Assembly (NCBI GenBank): GCA_965202725.1
Contig: OZ241845.1
Coordinates: forward strand, 665,437-729,436
Direction of reading: 5' to 3'
Source: Candidatus Poribacteria bacterium
GTDB taxonomy: Bacteria > Poribacteria > WGA-4E > WGA-3G
Length of the DNA: 64,000 nucleotides
In this document: one piece after another, positions 1 through 10,749 of the stretch
How the letters are laid out: every line of letters begins with the position of its first letter
How positions within the stretch are numbered: position 1 is the first letter of the stretch
The notes under the pieces: model-generated
Databases searched by the model: none
The model's input: the letters and a program-made list of their open reading frames with translations, nothing else
What the model was told of the DNA's origin: nothing
Program-made: the position numbers and the translations under genes

Positions 1-1
1 A

Positions 2-799
2 TGTGAAACCCGTCTCAAGTTGACCGGTAACCGGAACCTTGCCGAGGTGGCTTATGTCACCCGCTCCCTTTTTGAAGCAGCACCGCCGGAAATATTAGCA
101 TTTCACCCAATGCTCCAAGCCATCGGCATTGAAACGCTCCGGGTGCTTGTGGAGGAACAAGACTTAATTCTCGAGTGGCGTGATGGTCTAAAAGAGGTTC
201 TTTTTGACGTATTGGAACACGAAGATTTAGAAGCATCTGTCTCTCAACAGATATCTGTCTTTTCAGATACCGCTATTGAGAACAAATGCCAGAAAAATGA
301 CGATACCCAAACGCAGAGTCTGCCTTTAGAGGCAATAGATGTCAAAACAGAGACCTATATTGAGCATGCCGCTCCCAATCAGGGCGAACCAGAGGTGGAT
401 GCAACAACGGAAGTAACGTTAGATCCGGCCCCCGCTGCGAGCCTCGAACCACCTATGCCAGAGGCACTTCCACAGTCGTTATGCTTGTCACCTGACGAAC
501 TTCCAGCTCGCGCACTCTACAAAAATTTCACAGGCCTGGCAATCAAGGAAAATTTTAAAGCGCAAACGGATAAAGGGGCTTCACAAAATGGCTCCCTCAA
601 TTACGCCTTGGTAAACGAGAGCGAAGAGCAGGTCGAATTTATGGATGTAGCGAACGAACGCTATGTTAAGGTTACCGAAGAACGGCTTCAGTTACACGCA
701 CGCTCAGATACGGAGTTGAGCATTGCAATGGCAGAGGTAGAAGCACAGTGTCGATCAGCACTCATGTACCTCGCCAAAACAATCGCAGAAAGGAGGTAA
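2..799 (+). CDS. hypothetical protein, probably 5'-truncated at window edge (acidic central region)
   Basis: ORF 20..799 is open back to position 2 in the same frame with no upstream stop. No recognisable family motif. Confidence 0.4.
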   Translation, partial: CETRLKLTGNRNLAEVAYVTRSLFEAAPPEILAFHPMLQAIGIETLRVLVEEQDLILEWRDGLKEVLFDVLEHEDLEASVSQQISVFSDTAIENKCQKNDDTQTQSLPLEAIDVKTETYIEHAAPNQGEPEVDATTEVTLDPAPAASLEPPMPEALPQSLCLSPDELPARALYKNFTGLAIKENFKAQTDKGASQNGSLNYALVNESEEQVEFMDVANERYVKVTEERLQLHARSDTELSIAMAEVEAQCRSALMYLAKTIAERR

Positions 800-803
800 A
801 ATT

Positions 804-923
804 ATGCCACGGAGTAAAAGTGGGCAGGTCCGGCGTCGGACGCAAATTCGCCAACGCCAAAAACGACGCCTCAAAAAGAAGAGAGCGACATTGAACGTAC
901 TCTTGAAAAATCGCGCAGTTTAA
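804..923 (+). CDS. small highly basic protein (39 aa, Arg/Lys-rich) with consensus Shine-Dalgarno
   Basis: AGGAGG at 791-796 lies 7 nt upstream of ATG 804, and the ORF sits 4 nt after the stop of the preceding ORF. Translation is MPRSKSGQVRRRTQIRQRQKRRLKKKRATLNVLLKNRAV. It is below the 60-aa ORF-track cutoff. Confidence 0.3.
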   Translation: MPRSKSGQVRRRTQIRQRQKRRLKKKRATLNVLLKNRAV

Positions 924-1281
924 TATGCCAGCTCCCCGTTGAGATTGTTCGATGATGCGTTTATTGCTGCGCCGTTCATGCCGGTATGTGTGGCATCAGC
1001 ACCTGACAGGGGGCCACGCCCCGAAGTCCGCAAAGGTTGTGTTTGAAGCTGATAAGCTTTCAACTGTGTAAATGGTGCCCACTTTAGACATCATGCACGC
1101 CATTGAGCAATAAAACAGAACCTGATGCAGACGTGCATTGGGCTCTAACAGAGGAATTTAACATGTTATAAAGACCTTTTCAGCAACCGCCTTTTTATAG
1201 GTGCGTTAGCGATTTTTATTTTCTATATTGGTGGGAGTCTGTTTTATATGAAGCCTGTCCGACATCAAGAGGCAAGAAAAC

Positions 1282-1617
1282 TTGTACGAGACGGAAACAC
1301 GCGTCCGTCAATGGAACGAAAGACAGAAAGAACAATCAGCTGCGGGAACCCCTATTGTTGAGCAATCCACAGAGAGATACTTCCACGAGGACGGCAGATT
1401 CCATGCCGAACCGCACGCACCGGTATGGGCTGAAAATACGGAACCCGTTTCTGCACCGATCCCATCTGGTATGGCGCATGATTGGGCATCCATGTCTCCT
1501 GAAGAACACGTCACCGTGAGTGAAGCGATTGAAAAACGGCATCTTGCAGAGTCTGCCGGCTATCACTATAAACGCAACCCAGATGGCAAGCTCCTGCTTG
1601 ATGAAAGGGTTTTCTAA
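1282..1617 (+). CDS. hypothetical protein
   Basis: A 111-aa ORF with a TTG start preceded by AAGAGG 9 nt upstream. No family motif recognised. Confidence 0.3.
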   Translation: MYETETRVRQWNERQKEQSAAGTPIVEQSTERYFHEDGRFHAEPHAPVWAENTEPVSAPIPSGMAHDWASMSPEEHVTVSEAIEKRHLAESAGYHYKRNPDGKLLLDERVF

Positions 1618-2415
1618 TCTTACATAAAATTGGAGAACCTGATTTTAAGGTTGTCACAGAAATAGGGTTGCCCCAACCCGACTTTCAAGGTGCCGAGAGC
1701 AAAAGAGGCTGCACCTGCCGAGGGGTTTTTGATATAAACGAATTGCTGTCTGCATCGTCAAAACGAGACTAAAACACAGCGATCGTAAAGTGAGGTTGCT
1801 GTGTGGTAAAACTAACAGTTCATTTCGGAGTTCGGCGTTGTGTCCGTTCCCCGATTCAAGGCCCTGAGATATTTTTTTATGATTTTGATCAAGCTATCAC
1901 CAGAGGAATTGGTAAAAGCGAACCTGCCACTACATGTCACTTTGTGCCTACATGCCCACCACTACACACCGCCAGAAGTGGAAGCAGAGAAGCCGTCGCC
2001 CGTTCCCTACACTTCACAGCTTGCAATCTTATCGCGCACCTTCTACTAAACATTTTATTCGTCAAGCGTTCCGAGAAGGTCAGCACTGCACGCGATTTTC
2101 AATAAGGTTTTCATGCCGCGCGCCTATATCCTCTTTTTCAGCCGAACCGAATTGGAAATCCTGTACAGAAGGCCCTATAAGCCTCTTTGATTTGACACCC
2201 CGCTATGTGACCCGGATATAAGAGAATATTAGAATTATAGGGTTGTGTCTAAGGTAAGTTTTTCATGACAATAGGGCTTGACAGCTTGCAAAGCTACGCC
2301 CTGATCTGATAGGAATTCAGACGCTCCACGCAAAAAAAATGCGTAATTTCAGAAAAAAGTGGAAGGGTAACCTGCCAGAAACCCAACAGCCGAAAATATG
2401 ACTCAACTTCAACGC

Positions 2416-3186
2416 CTATTTCATCTTTTCCAAGTGCACAAACTCTGATGGCGGCAATCGAACAGCACTTTCGGTGTCTTTTTCAATATACCCGAGCCTG
2501 AGAAGTGTGATGACCTCATGAAAGGTAGGGATATTGAAAAGTTGACGAATCTGTTCACGATCTACTAAACGTTCCAAAGGCGCACTGACAAACTGCACAC
2601 CGATGTCTAACGTCGTCGCAGTGAGAAGGATATTCTGAATTAACATCCCCATACTTAGCCACATCCAGCGCGTCCCACCTTCACCAGGCGGATACCGCTT
2701 GCAATTCATCGTAACCAGCATAAGCAGCGGTGCCTCGCGCACCTGCAAAGCGATCTCCTTAGCGGGTAGCTTTCCTGCCCCTAAATGCCCTAAAAGTGTA
2801 AATGCTTTGGCGTTTTTTAGCAACCCTTTCAATAACTTTTCCGGGGCATCCTGAAGGGGTTTCGGGAGGGTGACGTGGTCTGTAAGCAAGACGCCATCTC
2901 CCAGTTCTTGCCACTCTTTTTCGGTGAGGCGCATCCAACGGCTATTGTCGTCAAGAAACTTAGCATCCTTGAATTGCGCAATGACAGCACGCTCCGTCAA
3001 ATCAGCGAGTGCCGATTTTCCAGATGCCTCCCGAATCAACACAAGCTCCCAAGGTTGAACATTAAAGGGTGAGGGTGCCCATCGCGCAGCCGCAATGAGC
3101 TTCTCGAGGGCATCAGCTTCTATGTCACGCCTCTGAAATGTTCCACGATGGCTTCGGCGTTGGATTATTGCATCAAGGACATTCAT
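2416..3186 (-). CDS. nitroreductase family protein
   Basis: N-terminal RRSHRGTF and NVQPWE motifs are typical of the NADH/FMN nitroreductase fold. The start overlaps the upstream gene stop in an ATGA arrangement. Confidence 0.7.
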   Translation of the reverse strand: MNVLDAIIQRRSHRGTFQRRDIEADALEKLIAAARWAPSPFNVQPWELVLIREASGKSALADLTERAVIAQFKDAKFLDDNSRWMRLTEKEWQELGDGVLLTDHVTLPKPLQDAPEKLLKGLLKNAKAFTLLGHLGAGKLPAKEIALQVREAPLLMLVTMNCKRYPPGEGGTRWMWLSMGMLIQNILLTATTLDIGVQFVSAPLERLVDREQIRQLFNIPTFHEVITLLRLGYIEKDTESAVRLPPSEFVHLEKMK

Positions 3187-4238
3187 AGGTTTATAAAGTT
3201 CCGATGGCGTTCAAGGATCTCTCCCGGTGAAGCCGTACCCGTCATTCCGATTTTGGTGACCGTAATTGAAGCCACCAGATTTCCGACATAAGCCGCCTCA
3301 ATAGCTGCAGCGCCTCCTCGCGAAGCGCGCAAACTACAAAGCGCCGCAACAAGGCCAGCAGAAACACTATCCCCCGCTCCAACCGGATCAACTTCACTAG
3401 CAACGGGAATACCTGGGATATGTGTAAATTTCCCTTCGCAATAGACAAGAATACCATTTTCACCTAGGGTAATGTATACCGTATTTTGCGTCTGCGCCGC
3501 GAGGGCAACGGCACACTGCTTGGCCGCTCGGATGTCAACTTCATGTCCGCGCCACCCCGGCTGAACAGCATGCTTTGCCTCAAACCGGTTCGGCTTAATG
3601 ATCACACGCCGATACGCGCCAATCCGCGTTCGGGAGTCTGCCAAAAAAATCTTTTCAGGAAATGTCACCGCCAACTCACACAAAGCTTCTCTCACTCGGT
3701 TAGTAATAACACCTAAGTTTTCATGTGGCACCTGGTCTCCAATTATTATACCATCAACAAACGGAAGACAGGCTTGCAGGGCATCGATAACCGCGGTCTC
3801 AACATCTTCTGCCATCGGGGCTTGGTTCTCAATATCAAACCGCGGTCCCTCTGTCTCCACACCTTCATAACCGCGGTGCATAGGTTTGAGGTAGGTAGGC
3901 GTGACCCAATCTGGCACCTGTATCATGAAATCTGTGAGACACCCGTTCGCCTCCAAGCAATTTAGCAGCGTGCCTCCAAATCCATCCTCACCTATGACTC
4001 CTAGCGTATAGACGCTACCGACCCCCAACGCCTTTAGGTTATTCGTGACCGTCCCGGCTGCGCCGGGGCTATAGCGCTGCTCAACAACCGGATTGGTATA
4101 CCACGGTGTTTCCAGAGATAATGTAGACCGTGTTTTGTCTATGTGCCAGTAGGCATCAAGATAAAAATCTCCGATGACAAGGATACGTTGTTGGTGGAAT
4201 TGATTGAGAATTGTTTTGAAGTGCGCTTTGCTAATCAA
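3183..4238 (-). CDS. PfkB-family carbohydrate kinase, HldE/RfaE kinase-domain-like (heptose-7-phosphate kinase-like)
   Basis: N-terminal ILVIGDFYLDAYWH resembles the HldE kinase domain. The C-terminal DPVGAGDS motif is the PfkB/ribokinase anion-hole signature. Confidence 0.65.
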   Translation of the reverse strand: MISKAHFKTILNQFHQQRILVIGDFYLDAYWHIDKTRSTLSLETPWYTNPVVEQRYSPGAAGTVTNNLKALGVGSVYTLGVIGEDGFGGTLLNCLEANGCLTDFMIQVPDWVTPTYLKPMHRGYEGVETEGPRFDIENQAPMAEDVETAVIDALQACLPFVDGIIIGDQVPHENLGVITNRVREALCELAVTFPEKIFLADSRTRIGAYRRVIIKPNRFEAKHAVQPGWRGHEVDIRAAKQCAVALAAQTQNTVYITLGENGILVYCEGKFTHIPGIPVASEVDPVGAGDSVSAGLVAALCSLRASRGGAAAIEAAYVGNLVASITVTKIGMTGTASPGEILERHRNFINL

Positions 4239-4552
4239 TGTGTTTTTCCTGTGGAGGTGGGATTCTTAATTGTTTACAAATGTCCTTCGCTAGGCGATTC
4301 CTGATTTCAGTGTGACGAGGGATCACAGCTCTGAGCCCCGCCTCTGAATGACTCACAACGAGTGGTTACCATCTTCACGAATAAAATAACAGCCATACCT
4401 TCTAAAGTGTTGGATCAACGCCAACATCAGTTCTGTCCTCCTCATAAGAGGATACAATAAGTGTAGCAGCAATCCGCATCGATCTCAAGCAAAAGTATAA
4501 AACAGTAAGCCAAAGGTGCCCTCTCTACTGTGTACCAAAAACGACACCTAAT

Positions 4553-4581
4553 TTGCAATATCACCCCAGATGTAGTAAAAT
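4553..4581 (+). promoter_or_regulatory. sigma70-like promoter (TTGCAA-17-TAAAAT) upstream of the dehydrogenase gene
   Basis: -35 TTGCAA at 4553-4558, a 17-nt spacer, -10 TAAAAT at 4576-4581. GGAGGA RBS before ATG 4644. Confidence 0.35.
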
Positions 4582-4643
4582 ATTAGAAATCCACTTTTCT
4601 GAGAACAACTTTAGATTATGACCCCAACATTTGGAGGAAATCC

Positions 4644-5696
4644 ATGTATAAAATCGGTCTCATCCCGGGCGATGGCATCGGCCCCGAAGTGACACGGGAA
4701 GCAATGAAAGTCTTCGGGGTAGCAGCAGCAGCAGCAGGCATACAATACGAAACAGTTGCATACGACATCGGTGGCGATCGGTACCTCAGTACCGGTGAAG
4801 TGTTACCCGATTCGGTTTTAGAAGAACTTCGAGGGCTCGATGCTATTTACCTTGGTGCTATCGGCCACCCGGATGTCAAACCCGGGATTTTAGAGAAAGG
4901 TATCCTGCTAAAGGTTCGGTTTGAACTCGATCTCTACATCAACCTCCGTCCTGTTAAACTTTATCCAGGCGTGCCTACCCCGCTGAAAGATAAAGGTCCT
5001 GAGGACATTGACTTTATTATCGTTCGCGAAAATACCGAAGGGCTATACGCCGGTATAGGCGGTTTCCTGAAACGTGGGACGCGCGATGAAGTCGCTATTC
5101 AGGAGATGATTAACACCTACAAAGGTGTAGAACGCTGTGTCCGATACGCCTATGAACTCACCCAAAAGCGCAATAAAGAGAATACACTGACGCTCTGCGA
5201 TAAGGCAAACGTTTTGACTTACGCCCATGACCTGTGGCGCCGCGTTTTTGACGAAGTTGGCGAAGCTTACCCTGATATAAAAAAAGAATACGCTTTTGTT
5301 GATGCAACGACGATGTGGATGGTGAAAAATCCAGAGTGGTTCGATGTCATTGTGACATGCAACATGTTTGGAGACATCATCACCGACCTCGGAGCGATGA
5401 TTCAGGGTGGCATGGGGATCGCTGCATCCGGTAATCTAAACCCAGAGAGCGTCGCTATGTTTGAACCGATTCACGGCTCCGCGCCCCGCTATACCGGCAA
5501 AAACGAGATTAATCCGATCGCAGCGATAGGCGCAGCCGGAATGATGTTAGACCATCTCGGACACACAGATGCCGCCGCAAAGGTGGATCAATCCATTAGT
5601 GACCTACTCGCGAGTGGTAAAATCCAAGACCTCGGTGCTGGAAGAATGGGGTATACGACAGAAGAGGTTGGCGATCTAATTGCCGAAGGGTTGTAA
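4644..5696 (+). CDS. isopropylmalate/tartrate/D-malate dehydrogenase family (NAD-dependent decarboxylating dehydrogenase)
   Basis: [14 protein letters not shown]-terminus, [16 protein letters not shown], and GNLNPE...[23 protein letters not shown] match the LeuB/TtuC/DmlA subfamily. Confidence 0.85.
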   Translation: MYKIGLIPGDGIGPEVTREAMKVFGVAAAAAGIQYETVAYDIGGDRYLSTGEVLPDSVLEELRGLDAIYLGAIGHPDVKPGILEKGILLKVRFELDLYINLRPVKLYPGVPTPLKDKGPEDIDFIIVRENTEGLYAGIGGFLKRGTRDEVAIQEMINTYKGVERCVRYAYELTQKRNKENTLTLCDKANVLTYAHDLWRRVFDEVGEAYPDIKKEYAFVDATTMWMVKNPEWFDVIVTCNMFGDIITDLGAMIQGGMGIAASGNLNPESVAMFEPIHGSAPRYTGKNEINPIAAIGAAGMMLDHLGHTDAAAKVDQSISDLLASGKIQDLGAGRMGYTTEEVGDLIAEGL

Positions 5697-6458
5697 TCAG
5701 ATTTCCAAGCGCGCTGTAAAATTAATCCGATCTGAATACCGGTTCCAACGATTGAAGGTATACATATCATAGGCACTCAGCGGTTTGTAACCCGTCTTTT
5801 TGAGGAGATCATTAACAACAGGAACTTCATAGATACGTTGTTGATGTACTTCCTCATAGCGTCTAAACAACTCACCTTCACGAATAAAAAAGGTGAGCAG
5901 CGTACGGCACATTTTGCTGTGATAGCGGTAATTATTTTCCCAAATGTAGGTATAATCCTCATGATTCGCAGCGAAGACTTTGTTGTGGAAATGCTCAACG
6001 ATGTTCCGTTCCGTCGTTACGTCAAAAACAAACAAGCCGTTGGGTTCCAGATGCTCAGCAACGCATTCAAAAACTTGACTTAATTCGTCTTCATTGTAGG
6101 CATAGTTAATGCTGTCATAAGTACAGAGGATAGCGTCAAACCGCTGGCTGAGGTGAAAATCGCGCATATCGCCGTGATGCAATCCAATGTTCAGATCGTG
6201 CGCGGCCACCTTCGCCTTAGCGATTTCCAGCATACCAGCTGCCCGGTCCACCCCTGTCATTTTATAGCCTTTTAATGCGAGGTGTATCGTCAAGGCACAA
6301 GTCCCGCACGCCAAATCAAGGACGCGACGCGGTTTACAATCATACCTATCGAAAATCGACTCAATATAATGGGTCCAGCGAGTATAGTTCACATTGGCCA
6401 TCATACGGTCATAGGCGTAGGCGAACTTTTCATAGGGGGGCGTTAGCTGTGTTTGCAT
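5697..6458 (-). CDS. class I SAM-dependent methyltransferase
   Basis: VLDLACGTC glycine-rich SAM-binding motif I, and an acidic residue after beta-2 (GVDRA). Confidence 0.7.
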   Translation of the reverse strand: MQTQLTPPYEKFAYAYDRMMANVNYTRWTHYIESIFDRYDCKPRRVLDLACGTCALTIHLALKGYKMTGVDRAAGMLEIAKAKVAAHDLNIGLHHGDMRDFHLSQRFDAILCTYDSINYAYNEDELSQVFECVAEHLEPNGLFVFDVTTERNIVEHFHNKVFAANHEDYTYIWENNYRYHSKMCRTLLTFFIREGELFRRYEEVHQQRIYEVPVVNDLLKKTGYKPLSAYDMYTFNRWNRYSDRINFTARLEI

Positions 6459-6492
6459 TGTTCAAGTGTCATTGGCAAAAATATATTGCAAG

Positions 6493-6882
6493 TCACTCGT
6501 TTCCTCCTTTAAATCCGAGAGAGGCATTCATCATCCGCAGGAGTGTGTTAATCTCGTCAGCATTCCAGACCTCATCTCTATTGGCTTCTATTGCGTATCT
6601 GCCGACAGCTCGAATCTTGCGGAGACTGATTTTCCGAGTGAGGAAACTGAATGGTAGCTGCATACCCGCAGTTTTGACGCGGTCAAACGTAGCCTCAATC
6701 TCATGGCGATCAACACCTTCAGGCGCTTGTCGAATCAAAGCATCTCTCACCATATCTGTACCGAAATCGAATAACTCTTTGATAATAAACCATTGCAGAA
6801 CCGCAAGACACACCGTGAGGATTAAGAGAAATGTCAAAACTTTGACGATATGCCGTTTCCATCCGGCTTTCTGGGCAGCCAT
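6493..6882 (-). CDS. small membrane-anchored hypothetical protein
   Basis: N-terminal hydrophobic helix (VLTFLLILTVCLAVLQWFII). GAGGTGA RBS 5 nt before the ATG. Confidence 0.5.
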   Translation of the reverse strand: MAAQKAGWKRHIVKVLTFLLILTVCLAVLQWFIIKELFDFGTDMVRDALIRQAPEGVDRHEIEATFDRVKTAGMQLPFSFLTRKISLRKIRAVGRYAIEANRDEVWNADEINTLLRMMNASLGFKGGNE

Positions 6883-6978
6883 ATTTAATTCACCTCGGGG
6901 TTGGATTCTGTACTTGGCGCTTATATTACCAGTTTACACAGATGTCGTCAATAGTTTTTTTATGGATAAAGGTAAAAC

Positions 6979-8073
6979 ATGAAGGTAGGAATTGTCGGTA
7001 GACCCCAAGTCGGAAAAACCACGGTATTCAATACCTTAGCCCAATCCAATGCAGAAATTGGGGGCTACACAAATCGTGGTCAGATAAACCTCAGCACCAC
7101 TAATGTCCCAGACGAACGTTTGGAGCAGTTAGCAGAAATATTGCAATCCAAAAAAATAACACATGCTACAATTGACTATGTAGATGTCGCCGGTGTAACG
7201 AAATCGGACGTGGAACAAGCAGAGTTGGACACTGGAACGCTCGCCTCCCTCCGCACTGTTGACGCGCTTGCCCATGTCGTCAGACTGTTTGAAGATGAAA
7301 CAGTACCACATGTTGATGGTAGCGTTGATGCGGAACGCGATATAGAGAGTGTCTCCCTTGCGTTCGCATTCGCCGACCTACAGATCGTTGAAGGTCGACT
7401 TACACGGCTCCGCAAGCAATTTCAAAACCAGAAATTGCCAGAACTCCAAAGTGAAATCCGACTTTTAGAAGTGTGTCAGCAGACCTTGGAAAATGGGAAA
7501 CTGCTCCGTGCCCTCGACCTTTCCACCAATGAAGAAAAATTGATGCGCGGTTATGGGTTCCTGACGCAGAAACCATTGCTCTTGGTATTTAACATCGCTG
7601 AAACACAATTAGATGCAGCTGACGATATTCTCAAGCACTTCAGGAAATACGAGGTAGAGCCGCAAACAGCAGTCATCGTGCTCGCCGCACAATTAGAGAT
7701 GGAACTCTCACAACTCGATGATGCCGATGCGGAAATTTTCATGGAAGAATTGGGATTACGGGAGTCGGCTTTGGCGCGATTTATTCAGACCTCGTATAAT
7801 TTATTAGGACTCCTTACATTCTTCACAATCAATCCAACGGAGGCTCGCGCATGGACCCTCCGGGAAGGACAAACGGCTGTTGAGGCAGCCGGCCGGGTCC
7901 ACACCGATTTCGCGAAGGCTTTCATCCGTGCGGAAACGATTAACTGGGCAGATTTAATCCGATGTGGGAGTTATCCTGAAGCGCGAAACAGAGGATTACT
8001 CCGATCTGAGGGTAAAACTTATCGAGTCCAAGAGGGTGAGGTGTTATTGATCCTTGCGAATCCTACACATTGA
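6979..8073 (+). CDS. ychF: YchF/Ola1-like ribosome-binding ATPase (Obg-family) with C-terminal TGS domain
   Basis: P-loop GRPQVGKTT. An NxxE (FNIAE) G4 variant characteristic of YchF. C-terminal GRVHTDFAKAFIRAE matches the TGS-domain motif. Confidence 0.7.
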   Translation: MKVGIVGRPQVGKTTVFNTLAQSNAEIGGYTNRGQINLSTTNVPDERLEQLAEILQSKKITHATIDYVDVAGVTKSDVEQAELDTGTLASLRTVDALAHVVRLFEDETVPHVDGSVDAERDIESVSLAFAFADLQIVEGRLTRLRKQFQNQKLPELQSEIRLLEVCQQTLENGKLLRALDLSTNEEKLMRGYGFLTQKPLLLVFNIAETQLDAADDILKHFRKYEVEPQTAVIVLAAQLEMELSQLDDADAEIFMEELGLRESALARFIQTSYNLLGLLTFFTINPTEARAWTLREGQTAVEAAGRVHTDFAKAFIRAETINWADLIRCGSYPEARNRGLLRSEGKTYRVQEGEVLLILANPTH

Positions 8074-8716
8074 GCATCCGATCCCGCAAATCCGCGATCG
8101 CTTCCATCATTTGATTCCCCATGTGCTGATACATCTCACGTCTCGTCTCGAATTCCCCGGCGGTAAGTTCAAGCGGTTCACCGAAGATAACTTTTAATTT
8201 TGATCGGCGTAAGCGTTTACTGTTGCGTGGCAAGACCAGTTCAGCTCCACTGTGAAAAACCGGAAGAGTCGGAACACCGGCTCGGTGTGCAATAAAGCAA
8301 GCACCATCGCGCGCTTTACCCAACGTTCCATCAGTGCTACGGGTGCCTTCTGGAAACATAAGCACAACGTTCCCACCTTGCAAAAGCGATATCGTTTTTC
8401 GTAACGCGCCTAAGTCAGGGGCACCTCTATTCACAGGATAGGCGTTATAAACCGAAATAAGTTTTCCTAAACCGGGGATCTCAAACGCTGTACTGCGTGC
8501 CATGAAATGAATTTCACGGTTCGCAGCAGAACCGATGATCACAGGATCAAGGAAACTGACGTGATTTGAAATGAGTAGCACGCCGCCCTCCCGTGGAATA
8601 TGCTCAATGCCGTGAGCTTCAAGGTTCCCCACGGTTTTACAGAAAACGCTCGTAAGCCTATGTCCCCATCGGTAAATTGGACGAGGTGTCCAGAACTGAT
8701 TATTGGTGTACCACAT
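8063..8716 (-). CDS. plsC: 1-acyl-sn-glycerol-3-phosphate acyltransferase
   Basis: NHVSFLDP (H-x4-D) and FPEGTRS acyltransferase motifs. Confidence 0.8.
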   Translation of the reverse strand: MWYTNNQFWTPRPIYRWGHRLTSVFCKTVGNLEAHGIEHIPREGGVLLISNHVSFLDPVIIGSAANREIHFMARSTAFEIPGLGKLISVYNAYPVNRGAPDLGALRKTISLLQGGNVVLMFPEGTRSTDGTLGKARDGACFIAHRAGVPTLPVFHSGAELVLPRNSKRLRRSKLKVIFGEPLELTAGEFETRREMYQHMGNQMMEAIADLRDRMLNV

Positions 8717-8759
8717 AAAAATATAGGGGCTTTAAACCCAGTCTACTTTACGATTGTTC

Positions 8760-9428
8760 TTAATTTCCGCACACTTGCGCAATAGTAAAATCTACCACTT
8801 CATCAATCGTCCTGTCAGTCGTATCCACGATAATAGCATCATCGGCAGCGCGCAGCGGGCTATGTTCTCGCGTTGTATCTTTTTCGTCGCGTTCGCGAAT
8901 CTCTGCTTCAACTGCTGCTAATGTTATATCCACATTTTGCGCCTGAAGTTCAGCAAGTCTACGCTTTGCCCGTTCTGTTACGGAAGCATCAAGGTAAAAC
9001 TTAAAATCGGCATTGGGAAAGACAATCGTTGTTAAATCCCGCCCTTCAGCAACGATGCTTCCCTCAGCACCAATCCGCTGTTGGTGTCTGACGATTTCTT
9101 GACGAATCTCTGGGATCTTCGCGACATCCGCAACTAACCTGTTAACAAGTGGAGTCCGGATCTGGACAGAGACATCTTCAGCATTGAGCAAGATCGTTTT
9201 GCCGTTATCTCTAAATTCAATATGGCACATCTTCACCTGCTCTATCAATTTCGGGCTATCCGCTGGGAGTCTATCCGCTATCGCCAATAAAGTTGCGGCT
9301 CGGTACATGGCTCCAGAATCGAGGTAGATCAATCCAAGTCTCTCCGCGATCCGTCTAGCCACCGTGCTTTTCCCAGAACCAGCGGGGCCATCCATCGCAA
9401 TCGTCACCTGAGGTCGTTTTTTTTTCAT
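8760..9428 (-). CDS. cmk: cytidylate kinase
   Basis: IAMDGPAGSGKST P-loop and YLDSGAMYRA motifs. Overlaps tyrA by 4 nt. Confidence 0.9.
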   Translation of the reverse strand: MKKKRPQVTIAMDGPAGSGKSTVARRIAERLGLIYLDSGAMYRAATLLAIADRLPADSPKLIEQVKMCHIEFRDNGKTILLNAEDVSVQIRTPLVNRLVADVAKIPEIRQEIVRHQQRIGAEGSIVAEGRDLTTIVFPNADFKFYLDASVTERAKRRLAELQAQNVDITLAAVEAEIRERDEKDTTREHSPLRAADDAIIVDTTDRTIDEVVDFTIAQVCGN

Positions 9429-10330
9429 GAGCCTCCTAACATCTCCTGGCGTTTTTTAACAATAGTCTGTGCTTCGACAAGCACACGTTGAATCTCAGCC
9501 AGATTGTCTGTTTGCAGTAAGGTTTTGAATTCTGTTAAATTGGCAACAATATCCTCAATTAATGTTAAGAGGGCATCGCTGTTCTGCGTAAAAATACCGG
9601 TCCATAAGTCAGGTGAACCGGCGGCAATACGGGTGGAATCTCGAAAGCCGGTCGCTGTAAAGTCCAATGCTTTATCTTCTTCAGCTTCGACATTCGCAAC
9701 AGTATTTGCGAGGACACTCGCAATGAGATGGGGTAGGTGGCTTGCGGCACCGATGAGTTGGTCATGCGTTTCAGGTGAAAGAAAATATGGCACGCCGCCG
9801 ACGAATTCCCAAAGACTTCTGACGAGCTGTAAGGCACTCAGATCACTGTTAGCTGTAGGTGTTAAAATGCACTTCGCATTTTCAAAAAGCGTTGCACAGG
9901 CTGCGCCGACACCTGTTTCGTGTGAACCTGCCATCGGGTGTCCACCTATGAAAGAGAGAGCATCTGAACCGTGTGCCTGGAGGCATGCCTCAACCGACCT
10001 CACCAACACAGACTTCGTGCTCCCAGCATCTGTTAATACAATCCGATGTTGTTGCGCGACGGATTCAGCGATGCGTTGCACCAATACAGGAATCAAGTCA
10101 ACGGGCGCACAAAGAACCACAAGGTCGCTTTCACAAATACCGTCTTCGACCTCTGTTGTCACGACATCAACGGCATCCCGTGCAAGGGCATTTTCGAGCC
10201 TACTGATGTTCCGTCCCAACCCAACACGTTGCCCCCGAAATCCGTTCTTCTTGAGTGCAAGACCAACGGAACCCCCGATTAGGCCGACACCCCATATTGT
10301 AATTCGACGAAGCTGCTGTATCTGTGCCAT
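9425..10330 (-). CDS. tyrA: prephenate dehydrogenase
   Basis: ITIWGVGLIGGS Rossmann motif and GGHPMAGSE signature. The ORF is open to 10372, but the Met at 10330 (MAQIQQ...) fits the usual spacing before the GxGxxG motif. Confidence 0.75.
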   Translation of the reverse strand: MAQIQQLRRITIWGVGLIGGSVGLALKKNGFRGQRVGLGRNISRLENALARDAVDVVTTEVEDGICESDLVVLCAPVDLIPVLVQRIAESVAQQHRIVLTDAGSTKSVLVRSVEACLQAHGSDALSFIGGHPMAGSHETGVGAACATLFENAKCILTPTANSDLSALQLVRSLWEFVGGVPYFLSPETHDQLIGAASHLPHLIASVLANTVANVEAEEDKALDFTATGFRDSTRIAAGSPDLWTGIFTQNSDALLTLIEDIVANLTEFKTLLQTDNLAEIQRVLVEAQTIVKKRQEMLGGS

Positions 10331-10749
10331 AGAAGTCCAAGAAACCTTCAATCTGTGAACGTGTTGCCACACACTTCTATTGAGAAGCTGATTACATTTT
10401 AAGAGAATTGAGGTGCCTCTGTCAAGTCAAAAACTTATGTGCTAGAGGTATGCGATTGTTTATTTTTCGAGGGTTTTCGTTAAAATAATGATATCTGTTT
10501 CGGGAACCTGGCCGATTTTTAGAATCTCGTAAACGGCTCCCTTCAACGGATTTTCTGGTGAGAAGTAGGCGTAGAAAAGGGTACGGAGCGGCGCACCATA
10601 GATAGCCCCAGCATTTGTTGAGTCCACATCCGCGACGCTGTTATACCTCAGCATCGAATCTGACCCAACAAGTTTTTTCTTGAAAAATTAAAGAGAATTT
10701 GGTAAAATAATCCCTAAATTATCCAACGTTTAAAGCAACCGTTTTTAAC

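Noticed and set aside
9504-10358. 284-aa plus-strand ORF
   Set aside because: Lies entirely antisense within the well-supported tyrA gene, with low-complexity Ser/Ala/Arg-rich composition. Treated as a spurious shadow ORF. The same reasoning was applied to 6275..6982, 18393..19133, 19224..19814, 25316..26008, 26577..27008, 29132..29503, 37592..38290, 40624..41154, 48153..48704 and 15522..15929.
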